Source of the DNA: Candidatus Magasanikiibacteriota bacterium
GTDB lineage: Bacteria; Patescibacteriota; Patescibacteriia; Magasanikbacterales; UBA922
Length of the DNA: 64,000 nt
Assembly (NCBI GenBank): GCA_052034405.1
Contig: JBPOIO010000004.1
Span: 64,751 to 128,750 of the forward strand
Direction: 5' to 3'
Part shown: piece after piece, positions 1 through 10,672 of the stretch
How the letters are laid out: each line of letters begins with the position of its first letter
How positions within the stretch are numbered: the stretch's first letter is position 1
Position numbers and translations under genes: made by a program
The notes under the pieces: model-generated
The model's input: the letters and a program-made list of their open reading frames with translations, nothing else
Told to the model about the DNA's origin: nothing
The model's database searches: none

Positions 1-549
1 ATCATATTCAGCAGCAATACGACCAAACATATCAAGAAATTCTGACCACTGAGGATATTTTTCTTCGAGTACCTGTTCAAGAGATTTTTCCGCATTTCGA
101 GCAAAACTCAAAATAGAACTCACAATAGCGACAGAAGGAATTTTCTTTTCACTTCGTTCCGCGCCATCTTCTTTCAAACACATTTTCAAAATATGTTTAC
201 TATCTTCACTATCGAGAATTGAAAAATTTTGTTTATAACCCAAGAGTCCTGCATACTGTGCCAAAATTCTATAGCCAATATGATGAAATGTCCCAGCCCA
301 AGGCAAACGCACTTTGCCATGCATAAGTCCCTCTACCCGAGAAGTCATTTCGCGCGAAGCTTTATTGGTAAAGGTGACGAGCAAAATATTTTCTGGAGCA
401 ATATTTTTTTCAAGTAAATATGCCACCCGAAACGTAATCGTACGAGTCTTGCCACTCCCCGCTCCAGCAAGCACAAGACAGGCTCCATCACCATGGAGCA
501 CGACCCGAAGCTGTTCACCATTGAGTTCATTTTTATAGTCGATCATAGA
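1..549 (-). CDS. UvrD/PcrA/Rep-family ATP-dependent DNA helicase, N-terminal part (runs off the left edge)
   Basis: Reverse-strand translation from the ATG at 547-549 reads MIDYKNELNGEQLRVVLHGDGACLVLAGAGSGKTRTITFRVAYLLEKNIAPENILLVTFTNKASREM..., which carries the Walker A motif AGAGSGKT and the UvrD helicase N-terminal signature. The ORF is open to position 1. It is not in the ORF track because it is unterminated. Confidence 0.8.
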
Positions 550-571
550 ACATATATCATAACAAAAAAAT

Positions 572-590
572 ACAGTCTGGGGAAGACTGT
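572..590 (-). terminator. Rho-independent terminator-like hairpin (acagtct-loop-agactgt) followed by a U-run on the minus-strand RNA
   Basis: A perfect 7-bp stem with a 5-nt loop has an A-run immediately 5' on the plus strand, which is a U-run on the minus strand. It lies downstream of the GC-rich segment at 590-740 and upstream of the helicase start. Confidence 0.4.
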
Positions 591-943
591 ACCTCATATA
601 TGGAAGGGGCGGCGAGGGAACCCGAGGGCTCCCCCGCCGCGAGGTCACAACGGATCCGCCGCATACTTCTGCATGGGATCGATAGGCTCGTCGTTTCCGA
701 CGTACGACATGGACTTTTCCTCCTGTGGCAAGTCCTGAAAAAATACTTGTCTAAATATTCTTTCAGAACTTTCACAAAAAAAGAACCACCTTCCGGCAGT
801 TCATTTACATTTTTATACATGCAAACAAATCACCGGGAAAGCGATCGAAAGAAAAAGAAATAAAAATTATGTATATACTGTTTCATATACTCTTATAATA
901 TCATTTTTTTTATCAAGGTCAATATTATTCTGTGGATAAATAT

Positions 944-1822
944 CTAATCAATCAGCAACACCACAGGCTGACCATTCGACACATCTCCATCATTCCAATC
1001 ATGAATGGCATTCATCAAGTCCTGATATTTATACTTGTAATTTTGCCCAAACTGCGTCCCAGGATCGTTTGTAATAAAAGAATCTTTGGTATATCCTCGA
1101 ATTACAAGAGCATGGTAAGGAGGTCCACCGTTTTGAAAATGTGGGTTTGGCAAAGTTTTTCCGTTAGCAACCACAAGCACCGGATGACCACTCGCAATAT
1201 ATTGTTTTATTTGATCTACTGTTGGATTTTTTATAATATGCAAATTACTTGAAGTATACCCAGTCAAATATTCTGCAAATATTTTTTGTATTTTCTTTAT
1301 TTCAATACTACGCCCCCAGCCCAAATCTTCTTCCCATTTTACCATTGCAAGAATATCGTGCTTTGCAGAATCAATCGACATACTCCTATCCTGTTCATAG
1401 GCATCCATCATCAAAATTGCTGCTTCTTCGCAAGCATCTTGCCAGGGCTGATCCCAATTTTTTTCTGGAGCTTGTGGGACAAAAGGGACAGCAAGATTAA
1501 TGGAATCGGGAATTTCAAGAGCCACCGGAATAGAAACAGAAGTCGAAGAAACAGCAATTGGAGTTTGAATCGTTGAAGAGGCAAGAAATTTACTTGAAGT
1601 CACGGTTACTTTTTGTGAAGAAGTTGAAAAAACTTGAACGGCAGCGGTTGAAGTCTGAACTCTTTTTTCTATTTCAGTTCGTGAAACTGCGACAGGAATA
1701 TCTGCATTTTGTTTTGCTACAAACCATTGTTTGACATACCCACGAGCAAAATATCCTGTACCCAAAATGGCAAGGAAAATCAAAAATCCACAAATAAAGT
1801 TGAAAAATCTATATTGTTTCAT
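944..1822 (-). CDS. C39-like peptidase domain protein (Peptidase_C39_2-like), N-terminal membrane anchor
   Basis: The 292-aa product has an N-terminal hydrophobic helix, a Ser/Thr-rich linker, and a C-terminal domain with a candidate Cys (QDACEEAAILMMDAY) and His (HALVIRGY) as found in C39-like peptidase domains. Confidence 0.5.
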   Translation of the reverse strand: MKQYRFFNFICGFLIFLAILGTGYFARGYVKQWFVAKQNADIPVAVSRTEIEKRVQTSTAAVQVFSTSSQKVTVTSSKFLASSTIQTPIAVSSTSVSIPVALEIPDSINLAVPFVPQAPEKNWDQPWQDACEEAAILMMDAYEQDRSMSIDSAKHDILAMVKWEEDLGWGRSIEIKKIQKIFAEYLTGYTSSNLHIIKNPTVDQIKQYIASGHPVLVVANGKTLPNPHFQNGGPPYHALVIRGYTKDSFITNDPGTQFGQNYKYKYQDLMNAIHDWNDGDVSNGQPVVLLID

Positions 1823-1876
1823 ATGTTTTTAGTGTAGCACAAAAAAAATTGAAATGAAACCCACAGAAAAACGCAA

Positions 1877-1898
1877 AGAGGGACACAGATGTGTCCCT
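1877..1898 (-). terminator. Terminator hairpin (gagggacac-agat-gtgtccctc, 9-bp perfect stem) followed by a U-rich tract on the minus strand
   Basis: It lies directly 3' of the stop of the GC-rich minus-strand gene 1914..2417. On the minus strand the hairpin is followed by tttgcgtttttctgtgggtttcatttcaatttttttt. Confidence 0.55.
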
Positions 1899-1913
1899 CG
1901 CTCAGCGCCTTGT

Positions 1914-2417
1914 TCAGAGCGCACCCCCTTTGTGAAATGTATAACGACCACCATCGCGGGCCTGAATGTCGACCCGCGTAAAATAGCCCTCCGGCGCCCA
2001 GCCCTCCACCACATCGACGACCACCTCGGCCAAGGTCCGACGGCCAAAGAGCAGGGCCCAATCCTCACGGCTACGGACCCATGGATGCAGAGGAAAACGA
2101 TGATCTTCATCCTGAGAAAAAGAATAGAAGCTATCCCCCCAAACAGCCTCCACTCGAAACTCTGTGAAATATCCTCGTGGGGCATGCCGAATGAGGTGGC
2201 AAAGCACCTCAAAGGGCGTCATATTGGAAAATAGCGTGTGCCAGGCCTGGTGGATGGCCACACGCAGACGCTTGAGATTTTTCCTTTCATATACCTGTGG
2301 AGAATTGCTCGTAGACGTCGGCACCATGTGATGCGTGGAAAAACTATACCATTCATCAATACGATGTCCAGACCGAGCCCGCCTCGATGCCTTTTTTCGG
2401 TGTTTTGACACCTTCAC
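1914..2417 (-). CDS. Hypothetical basic protein encoded in a GC-rich (about 58% GC) island; probable start at the second GTG (2409-2411)
   Basis: The 167-aa ORF has a Lys/Arg-rich N-terminus (KHRKKASRRARSGHR). A strong SD, GGGGAGGTG, sits 5 nt before the internal GTG. A TTGACA-N17-TTCAAT promoter lies at about 2437-2472 on the minus strand, and a terminator hairpin follows directly after the stop. The base composition is unlike that of neighbouring genes. No domain was recognised. Confidence 0.45.
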   Translation of the reverse strand: MKVSKHRKKASRRARSGHRIDEWYSFSTHHMVPTSTSNSPQVYERKNLKRLRVAIHQAWHTLFSNMTPFEVLCHLIRHAPRGYFTEFRVEAVWGDSFYSFSQDEDHRFPLHPWVRSREDWALLFGRRTLAEVVVDVVEGWAPEGYFTRVDIQARDGGRYTFHKGGAL

Positions 2418-2483
2418 CTCCCCAGATTTGAAACCTTGCGAGCATTGAACGCCAAATTCTCATTCTTGTCAAGGATATATTGA

Positions 2484-3716
<1,233 letters not shown>

Positions 3717-3727
3717 CTACAAAACAT

Positions 3728-4144
3728 ATGCTTTATAATGAAAGTGAATCAATGTTTCATAAACCCCAAGACGATTCTGTCTTTACAAAGGAAAATCCTT
3801 TGGTAGACACAGAAAAACCTTTAACAAATGCACCGATAAAACAAAGAAATTCAGTCTCTCTTAATGGAAATTTAGAAGAAATAGCTGCTAGACAGTTAAA
3901 CCCTGCAGATCTCTCCCCATCAATGAGAGGGGTAAAACTTCCCTATGAAATATATTCCAAAGAAACAGCAAAAGGCGCAGAAGAAGAGGCAGAGGACGAA
4001 GCAAGACTTCTTGCACAAACAGATTCTTATGACTCTTCAGAAAATGAACCCCTATCAAATCATGGGACAAAAACCGTACAAACCCCTCCACCGCTTGAAC
4101 TTTTTTATCCAGAAAACTATCCACAACAACAAGATCAAATATAA
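3728..4144 (+). CDS. Hypothetical acidic low-complexity protein
   Basis: The 138-aa ORF is Glu/Asp/Pro-rich and is followed by a bidirectional terminator. No domain was recognised. Confidence 0.35.
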   Translation: MLYNESESMFHKPQDDSVFTKENPLVDTEKPLTNAPIKQRNSVSLNGNLEEIAARQLNPADLSPSMRGVKLPYEIYSKETAKGAEEEAEDEARLLAQTDSYDSSENEPLSNHGTKTVQTPPPLELFYPENYPQQQDQI

Positions 4145-4163
4145 TTGAAACTCTACTTTGATT

Positions 4164-4191
4164 AAAAAAATCCGCTCTTATGCGGATTTTT
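4164..4191. terminator. Bidirectional rho-independent terminator (aaaaatccgc-tcttat-gcggattttt)
   Basis: A 10-bp stem is flanked by an A-run and a T-run. It lies between the convergent genes 3728..4144(+) and 4209..5351(-). Confidence 0.6.
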
Positions 4192-4208
4192 CTTTACAAA
4201 CAAATATA

Positions 4209-5351
4209 CTAAATTTGTGCAGAATTTTTTACCGCTTCGGCAACCGCAGAAGAAACAGATTTTTCAAAAGGACTTGGTAAAATATTTTCAACACTTGGCG
4301 TTGTTACAACTCCTGCAATCGCACGAGCGGCAGCTATACACATATCATTTGTTACCACTTTGATACGAGCATCGAGAAGCCCCCGAAATATTCCTGGAAA
4401 TGCCAAAACGTTATTGACTTGATTGGCAAAATCACTTCGACCAGTTGCGACAATAAAGGCACCTGCTTCTTTTGCCTCGTCTGGAAAAATTTCTGGAGTT
4501 GGATTTGCCATTGCAAAAATAACAGGCTTTTCATTCATCGTCTTGATCATATCACCTGTAAGAAGTCCAGGTTTACTCACACCAATAAATACATCCGCTT
4601 CTACGAGTGCATCTGCAAGACTTCCTTCTTTTTGCTCACTATTGGTAAATCCTGCAAGGTGTTTTTTTTCTTCATTCAAGTCAGATCGTTTCAAAGAAAT
4701 AATACCGACAGAATCTACTGCCATAATACTTTTGGCTCCTGCAGCAAAAAGAAGTTCTGCAATAGCAGTTCCAGCAGCCCCAGCACCATTTATGACAATA
4801 CGCACATCACCCAGATTTTTTCCTGCAAGTGGAAGCGCATTAAAAAGTCCAGCAAGTACAACTATCGCTGTGCCATGTTGGTCATCGTGAAAAACAGGGA
4901 TATCGAGCTTTTCGCGAAGTTTACGTTCTATTTCAAAACAACGAGGTGCAGAAATATCTTCTAAATTAATGCCACCAAACATTGGTGAAATTAATTCTAC
5001 AGTTCGAACAAACTCATCTACATCTTGTGTTTTGACAGCAATTGGAAATGCATCTACTCCTGCAAATTCTTTGAAAAGTACGCACTTCCCTTCCATTACC
5101 GGAAGGCCTGCCTCTGGGCCAATATTCCCAAGACCAAGTACTGCTGACCCATCTGTAATCACTGCAACCATATTCCCCTTGCGAGTATAGTCATATACTC
5201 TTTCTGGATGAAGAGCAATTTCTTTACAAGGTTCTGCAACTCCTGGAGTATAAGCAAGTGCCAGATCTTCTCGCGATGCAATTTTTGCACGTGAGATAAC
5301 CTCAATTTTCCCCTTCAAATCTGCGTGATACTTCAAAGCATCTTGTGACAT
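4209..5351 (-). CDS. NAD(P)-dependent malic enzyme (malate dehydrogenase, oxaloacetate-decarboxylating), short form
   Basis: The 380-aa product carries malic enzyme motifs: LALAYTPGVAEPC, DGSAVLGLGNIGP, the FHDDQHGTA divalent-cation site, and the NAD(P) Rossmann motif INGAGAAG. Confidence 0.9.
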   Translation of the reverse strand: MSQDALKYHADLKGKIEVISRAKIASREDLALAYTPGVAEPCKEIALHPERVYDYTRKGNMVAVITDGSAVLGLGNIGPEAGLPVMEGKCVLFKEFAGVDAFPIAVKTQDVDEFVRTVELISPMFGGINLEDISAPRCFEIERKLREKLDIPVFHDDQHGTAIVVLAGLFNALPLAGKNLGDVRIVINGAGAAGTAIAELLFAAGAKSIMAVDSVGIISLKRSDLNEEKKHLAGFTNSEQKEGSLADALVEADVFIGVSKPGLLTGDMIKTMNEKPVIFAMANPTPEIFPDEAKEAGAFIVATGRSDFANQVNNVLAFPGIFRGLLDARIKVVTNDMCIAAARAIAGVVTTPSVENILPSPFEKSVSSAVAEAVKNSAQI

Positions 5352-5360
5352 AAAAAAATA

Positions 5361-6452
5361 TTAATAGATAAACATGGCATCCCCAAAACTAAAAAATCGA
5401 TATTTTTCTTCAACCGCTTTTTTATAACAATCAAGCATAAATTCTTGATCTCCTGCAAAAGCACTCACCAACATCAAAAGTGTCGATTTTGGTAAATGAA
5501 AATTGGTAATCAGGGCATCAATAATTTTGAACTCAAATCCAGGTTTGATAAACATATTTATTTCTCCTCTATAGGGATGAATAAAATGATTTCGTCCATG
5601 ATCTTGATCGAGAAGCGCTATTCCTTCGAGTGTTCGGACTGTTGTAGTACCAACCGCCACTACACGGCGGCCTTCTGCTTTTGCACGATTTATTTTTTCT
5701 GCATTTTCGGGTGTGAGTTCTACCCACTCACTATGCATCGTATGATCTTCTACACGTTCTGTTTTCACGGGCAAAAAGGTTCCAAGACCGACATGAAGTG
5801 TTACTTCTGCAAATTCCACTCCTTTTTGTTTTAGCTTTTCAATTACTTCATTTGTAAAATGAAATCCAGCAGTTGGAGCAGCTACTGACCCCTCGTGTTT
5901 CGAATACACGGTCTGATACAGTTCTACTTCGTGTGGTTCGTCTTTCACATAAGGAGGAATTGGAATATGCCCATATCGATTGGCCGATTCACGAACTGCG
6001 TCTTCTTTTAAACTACTATTTTCACTCGAAAAAAATTGTACCAAAATGGTCCCAGTCGGTTCTTTGATCATCACATCACAAAAAAAATCTTTGGCAATTT
6101 CTACTCGAGTTCCAGGTTCAATATGTTTCCCAGGTTTTCCAAGAACTTGCCAGACACCATCGTTTTCCATTGGACGAACAAGAAATATTTCCACATCTCT
6201 TTTATGTTCCCACAAACCTTCGTTATTTTGTGTCAGCAATTTTCCAAGAAGTCTTGCCTTAAAAACTTTTGAGTTATTCCAAACCAGCAAATCCCCCGCC
6301 TCCAAATATTCAACAATATCAAAAAAATTTCGATGTTCCAAAGTTTTATTCTCTCGAGAAACAAGCATCAGTCGTGAATGATCACGTGGCTCTACAGATT
6401 TTTGGGCAATCAGTTCCGTTGGTAAATTGTAGTCAAAATCGGATGTATTCAT
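5361..6452 (-). CDS. queA: S-adenosylmethionine:tRNA ribosyltransferase-isomerase
   Basis: The N-terminal FDYNLPTELIAQ signature of QueA is present. The product is 363 aa and the similarity runs across the whole length. Confidence 0.92.
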   Translation of the reverse strand: MNTSDFDYNLPTELIAQKSVEPRDHSRLMLVSRENKTLEHRNFFDIVEYLEAGDLLVWNNSKVFKARLLGKLLTQNNEGLWEHKRDVEIFLVRPMENDGVWQVLGKPGKHIEPGTRVEIAKDFFCDVMIKEPTGTILVQFFSSENSSLKEDAVRESANRYGHIPIPPYVKDEPHEVELYQTVYSKHEGSVAAPTAGFHFTNEVIEKLKQKGVEFAEVTLHVGLGTFLPVKTERVEDHTMHSEWVELTPENAEKINRAKAEGRRVVAVGTTTVRTLEGIALLDQDHGRNHFIHPYRGEINMFIKPGFEFKIIDALITNFHLPKSTLLMLVSAFAGDQEFMLDCYKKAVEEKYRFFSFGDAMFIY

Positions 6453-6456
6453 AAAT

Positions 6457-7581
6457 TTAAAGTGAAGAAAGAAATTGTTCGGCTGTTTTTTTCCAAGAAA
6501 AATTTTGAATTTGGGAAAAACCTTTTTGTATAAATATTTTACTCAACTCTCGATCAGTCACAAAACGTCTTATTCCTTCAGTGATTTCCAAACTATTATA
6601 AGGATTCACATAATAGGCCGCATCTCCCGCAACTTCGGGTAAAGACGATCTCGAACTCGTAATAACAGCTACCCCCGAAGCAAAGGCCTCAAGCACCGGA
6701 AAACCAAAACCTTCATACAAACTGGGGTACACAAATACTGATGCCCCTGCGTAGAGTGCCGGTTTGTCTTGTGGACTAATATACCCAATATACTGTACAT
6801 TCCGAGTTTTTTCAATTGTCTCAAAAATATGCTTATTTTTCCAACCTTTTGCTCCAGCAATCACCAAATAATACTCAGGAAAATCTTTTTGAAAAATATC
6901 AAAAGCTTTGAGGAGCCCTTCGATATTTTTTCGTGGTTCAATAGTCCCCAAAAATAAAATATACTTTTCTGGCAAATGATACTCTTTTTGTATATCAGAT
7001 TTTTTTTCAAAAGAAGAAAACAATGAAGAAAGTCCAGGACTCAATACTTTTATTTTATCTTTTGCAATAGCATACAAATCGACAATATCTCGTTTTGTAT
7101 TTTCACTTGGTGTCAAAATAATATCAGCAGATTGACATTGACGACGAGGAGATAAAAAAGCATGCCACAAACGCATTTTCAAAGAAAAACATTCTGGAAA
7201 TATTTCAAATGAAAGATCATGAACAGTTAAAATGTGTTTTGTATTTTTGGAAATAGCCTGAAAACCAATGTTGGGAGAAAAAAAATAATCTAATTTTATT
7301 CCTGTTTTTGATTCAATCAAAGTATCAAATTTTGGATAATTGAAAATTTGTAACAAAAAATGAAAAATTTTATTAGGCCAGGATGTATGCACAAAGTGCA
7401 CATTTTTTTGCGTCCACTTTGGAATATTTATTGAAACATCGGCAAATGAGTTATAAAACAAAAAATATTGATTTTCACTATCAATATCAAAAAGTGCGTT
7501 CAAGAGCTCATAGGTATATTCCCCCACCCCGGTTCGAGAAGAAGACGTTAGTGGAGAGATATCAATCCCGATTTTCAACAT
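6457..7581 (-). CDS. Glycosyltransferase family 4 (GT-B fold)
   Basis: The C-terminal GT1/GT4 motif EGFGFPVLEAFASGVAVITS is present. The product is 374 aa. Confidence 0.85.
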   Translation of the reverse strand: MLKIGIDISPLTSSSRTGVGEYTYELLNALFDIDSENQYFLFYNSFADVSINIPKWTQKNVHFVHTSWPNKIFHFLLQIFNYPKFDTLIESKTGIKLDYFFSPNIGFQAISKNTKHILTVHDLSFEIFPECFSLKMRLWHAFLSPRRQCQSADIILTPSENTKRDIVDLYAIAKDKIKVLSPGLSSLFSSFEKKSDIQKEYHLPEKYILFLGTIEPRKNIEGLLKAFDIFQKDFPEYYLVIAGAKGWKNKHIFETIEKTRNVQYIGYISPQDKPALYAGASVFVYPSLYEGFGFPVLEAFASGVAVITSSRSSLPEVAGDAAYYVNPYNSLEITEGIRRFVTDRELSKIFIQKGFSQIQNFSWKKTAEQFLSSL

Positions 7582-8683
7582 AATTTTGAACTTCTAAAAA
7601 ATCTCTATACTTATCCTCAACGTACTGTTTTATATCCTTTTTAAATTTGGCAACATCAAACTGTTTTGCATGTTCACGAATCGCTTTTCGATCCCAAACA
7701 ATCTTATCAAAAGAAAGCATAGTATCAAGCAAAGATTCCCATGTTTGAGAATAAAACAAAAGTCCTGTTTTTTGCTGAATAATACTCTCTGTTGCACCAC
7801 CTACTCCATAGGCTATAACCGGTGTTCCAGCAGCCATAGATTCTACTACAGTAATTCCAAAGTCTTCAAGTTGTGGATTCAAAAAAGCTTTTGCATTTTC
7901 AAAAAGTTTTGCTTTTTGACTATCATCCACAAATCCAATAAATTCAATATTTGACTTTGCCATTTTTTTCAAACGATCCAAATCAGGTCCTGTACCAAAT
8001 ATTTTTAACTTCCACCCCAATCTATTAAATACCTGAATGACCAAATCAAAACGTTTGTATTTTACAATTCTTCCCCCCGTCAAATAATAATCGCCCAATT
8101 TTTGTGACACTTGAAAAAGATGCGTATCAACGGGAGGATAGAGCACATCACTTGGATGACGGTAATATTTTTGTATACGCTGTTTCACTGTACGAGAATT
8201 TGCGATAAACTGATCTACTCGATCAACACTGGCTTTATCCCACATACGCATATGATGCATAAGCCGAGGTAAAAAAGCTTTGATAATCGAATTATAATTG
8301 AGCTCTGCAATATACTCATGTGTATCAGTCCACAGATAGCGCGTTGGCGTATGACAATAAGAAATATGCAGAGTACTCGGCCGAGTCAAAATACCTTTGG
8401 CAAAGGCACTCGTACTTGAAAGGACGACATCAAATTCATGCAAATTGTGAGACTCTGTAGCGAGTGGCATAAATGGCAAATACCACTGATAGTGCGTACG
8501 ACCAAAAGGAAGAAAACGAAAAAAGGATTCTCGAACGTCTGCCGAGTCAAAACCAGCAACCGAACCTTTTTTATGAAATAAGACAAAAATTGGCGCTTCA
8601 GGCCAAATCTCATGAAATGCTTTTAAAACTCGTTCGGCTCCCCCATCCTGTGCCAGATAATCATGCACCAATGCAATCTTCAT
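7562..8683 (-). CDS. Glycosyltransferase family 4 (GT-B fold)
   Basis: The product carries the EDFGITVVESMAAGTPVIAY motif and is 373 aa. It overlaps the downstream GT4 gene by 20 nt. Confidence 0.85.
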   Translation of the reverse strand: MKIALVHDYLAQDGGAERVLKAFHEIWPEAPIFVLFHKKGSVAGFDSADVRESFFRFLPFGRTHYQWYLPFMPLATESHNLHEFDVVLSSTSAFAKGILTRPSTLHISYCHTPTRYLWTDTHEYIAELNYNSIIKAFLPRLMHHMRMWDKASVDRVDQFIANSRTVKQRIQKYYRHPSDVLYPPVDTHLFQVSQKLGDYYLTGGRIVKYKRFDLVIQVFNRLGWKLKIFGTGPDLDRLKKMAKSNIEFIGFVDDSQKAKLFENAKAFLNPQLEDFGITVVESMAAGTPVIAYGVGGATESIIQQKTGLLFYSQTWESLLDTMLSFDKIVWDRKAIREHAKQFDVAKFKKDIKQYVEDKYRDFLEVQNYVENRD

Positions 8684-10113
8684 AATGCCTTTCTTTTCTT
8701 AAACAATATGAACGGTGTTTTCAAAAAAATAATAATATCAAGACCAAGACTCCATTTTTCAATATACAGAACATCAAGACGCATTTCATCTTCAAAGCTC
8801 AAATCACTTCTTCCAGAAACCTGTGAAAGCCCAGTAATACCTGGTTTCAAAGCAAAAACCTTTCGGTAACTTTCTTCATACAATTCTACTTCTCGGGGCT
8901 GATGTGGACGAGGTCCAACAATACTCATATCTCCAAAAAATACATTGAAAAATTGTGGTAATTCATCAATACTCCATCTGCGAATAAAACGACCAAAAGG
9001 AGTCACTCGTGGATCATTTTGAATTTTATAAATAGGACCAGCCTTCATGCTTTGTTTTTTTATAAGTTCTCGTTCTTTTTCTTCTGCTTGTTTTCCACCA
9101 AACTGTGTTCCCGTAGAATCTTGTTGGTACATGGAACGAAACTTGAGAGTAAAAAATTTATGACCATGAATTCCAACACGTTCATTTTTGTAAATAATTG
9201 GACGTCCTGTTTCAATCAAAATAATAAGAGCAGTAACAAGCATAAGAGGACTTACAAGCACAATTACCAGTAAGCTCAAAATAACATCAAAAATACGTTT
9301 GATCACGCTTCCCCAACCATCAAGAGCCGTACGCTTGAGCTCGACAATAGGTACACTTCCTATCGGATACATTGCTGTATTGGCAGAAAGTGTTGAAAAT
9401 AAATCAGCAGAATATTTGAAGGTAATATGATGAGTATCAGCAAACTGTAAGGCACGCAATGATTCTTTTTCGTGTGCACGAGGATTTGCAAACATAATTT
9501 CATCAGGAAGATTTTTTTCTAGTTTTTCTTTGGTTGCCGTATCAAATTTTTCAAAAATGTCAGAAATAGTATAACCAAGTTCTGGTTGCGTTTCCAAAGT
9601 GTTTTTGAGTTCGAGTGCAATAGCATCGTGCCCAACAATAGCAACACTTCGCTGTCCAATATTCATACGAAAACAAGAACGACGAACGAGCCACATAAAA
9701 AACCGTCCCAAACTCATAAAGACAAAAGCAAAGGCATAACTCGCAGCTACCAAAAAACGAGAATCAAAAAGTTGTTGTGTAAACATGATATATAAAGCGA
9801 CAACAGCAACAGAACTTGAAAGTGCCAAAAATATACGAACAATATCAGTACCGAGCTTACGATTTGGATTTGGACGATACAGCCCAAGAACAGCAAAAAA
9901 CACAAGAGAAAGCAAAGCAAACCAAATAGCACGGTGAATAAAATCACCAAGAGACAAAGAAAAACTCACCGATTTGAGTTCCAAGGCCCAAGTACTAAAA
10001 CGCAAAAAATATGCTGAAATACCAGCACCAAGAAGAAGTACAAAATCCAAGGGAACTTGGATCACCATGAGAAAGAGTTGAAAACGTTTCATAACTCCTC
10101 TATAATAGCGCAA
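8680..10113 (-). CDS. Polyprenyl-phosphate sugar phosphotransferase (WbaP/bacterial sugar transferase family), initiating glycosyltransferase
   Basis: The N-terminus has several TM helices. The C-terminal bacterial sugar-transferase domain reads [43 protein letters not shown]...[21 protein letters not shown]. It overlaps the upstream GT4 gene by 4 nt. Confidence 0.88.
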   Translation of the reverse strand: MRYYRGVMKRFQLFLMVIQVPLDFVLLLGAGISAYFLRFSTWALELKSVSFSLSLGDFIHRAIWFALLSLVFFAVLGLYRPNPNRKLGTDIVRIFLALSSSVAVVALYIMFTQQLFDSRFLVAASYAFAFVFMSLGRFFMWLVRRSCFRMNIGQRSVAIVGHDAIALELKNTLETQPELGYTISDIFEKFDTATKEKLEKNLPDEIMFANPRAHEKESLRALQFADTHHITFKYSADLFSTLSANTAMYPIGSVPIVELKRTALDGWGSVIKRIFDVILSLLVIVLVSPLMLVTALIILIETGRPIIYKNERVGIHGHKFFTLKFRSMYQQDSTGTQFGGKQAEEKERELIKKQSMKAGPIYKIQNDPRVTPFGRFIRRWSIDELPQFFNVFFGDMSIVGPRPHQPREVELYEESYRKVFALKPGITGLSQVSGRSDLSFEDEMRLDVLYIEKWSLGLDIIIFLKTPFILFKKRKAL

Positions 10114-10182
10114 AATTTGAGGAAGGTCAACTTGACAAAAAGGCTAAAACAAGGTATATTGCAAGCGTCTTTTTCTTGTGGA

Positions 10183-10540
10183 TGATCGCTTGAGCTTCGG
10201 CTCATGAGGAAAGTCCGAACTCCATCAAAAAGGTAGTGGGTAACGCCCACCTGCTGCATCGCGAGGTGTAGTACGGGACAGTGCCACAGAGACAATACTA
10301 CTGCAAGTTCGCTTGTAGAAAAGGTGAAAAGCGTAGGGAGGTTTTTGTCCTCGAGTCAAAAGCTACTCTACAGACGCATTTGGCGACAGATGCGTGTGGT
10401 AAACCCTACTTGGAGAAAGAGCAGCGTCCCCTTCGTAAGAAGGGTCGAAAAGTTCGCTCGTTTGAACTTGTCAGCAATGACAAGTCTAGAGAAATGATCG
10501 TCACCCGCAAGGGAACAAAATTCGGCTTAGAGCAAGAAAA
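10183..10540 (+). ncRNA. rnpB: RNase P RNA (bacterial rnpB)
   Basis: Universally conserved RNase P RNA blocks are present: GAGGAAAGTCCG (CR-I, about 10206-10217), AAGGTGAAA, and ACAAAATTCGGCTTAG (CR-V-like, about 10516-10531). The segment is GC-rich and non-coding. The overlapping track ORF 10281..10565 is therefore spurious. The end positions are approximate. Confidence 0.8.
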
Positions 10541-10547
10541 AGACAAT

Positions 10548-10580
10548 AAAAAAACCGACTCATAAAAGTCGATTTTTTTA
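10548..10580. terminator. Terminator hairpin (cgact-cataaa-agtcg) plus T-run, shared by rnpB (+) and the convergent tRNA-Ser (-)
   Basis: A short stem is flanked by an A-run and a T-run between the two convergent RNA genes. Confidence 0.45.
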
Positions 10581-10584
10581 TTTG

Positions 10585-10667
10585 TGCGCGAGAGAGGAGT
10601 TGAACCTCCATGGGGTTGCCCCCGCTACCACCTCAAGGTAGTGCGTCTACCATTTCGCCACCCGCGC
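10585..10667 (-). tRNA. tRNA-Ser (anticodon UGA), class II with a long variable arm; CCA not encoded
   Basis: The reverse complement reads GCGCGGGTGGCGAAATGGTAGACGCACTACCTTGAGGTGGTAGCGGGGGCAACCCCATGGAGGTTCAACTCCTCTCTCGCGCA. It has a 7-bp acceptor stem with one G-U pair, the D-arm, an anticodon loop CUUGAGG (anticodon TGA), a long variable stem-loop, and the T-arm GGAGG-TTCAACT-CCTCT. Confidence 0.85.
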
Positions 10668-10672
10668 TTATT

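Noticed and set aside
590-740. SRP RNA or tmRNA in the GC-rich patch
   Set aside because: I could not find the SRP domain IV GGAA tetraloop context or a tmRNA tRNA-like end (GGUUCGA...CCACCA). This is left as an unassigned GC-rich element.
10281-10565. 94-aa ORF (MPQRQYYCKFACRK...) on the plus strand
   Set aside because: It lies entirely inside the RNase P RNA gene. The coding potential is an artefact of the GC-rich structured RNA.
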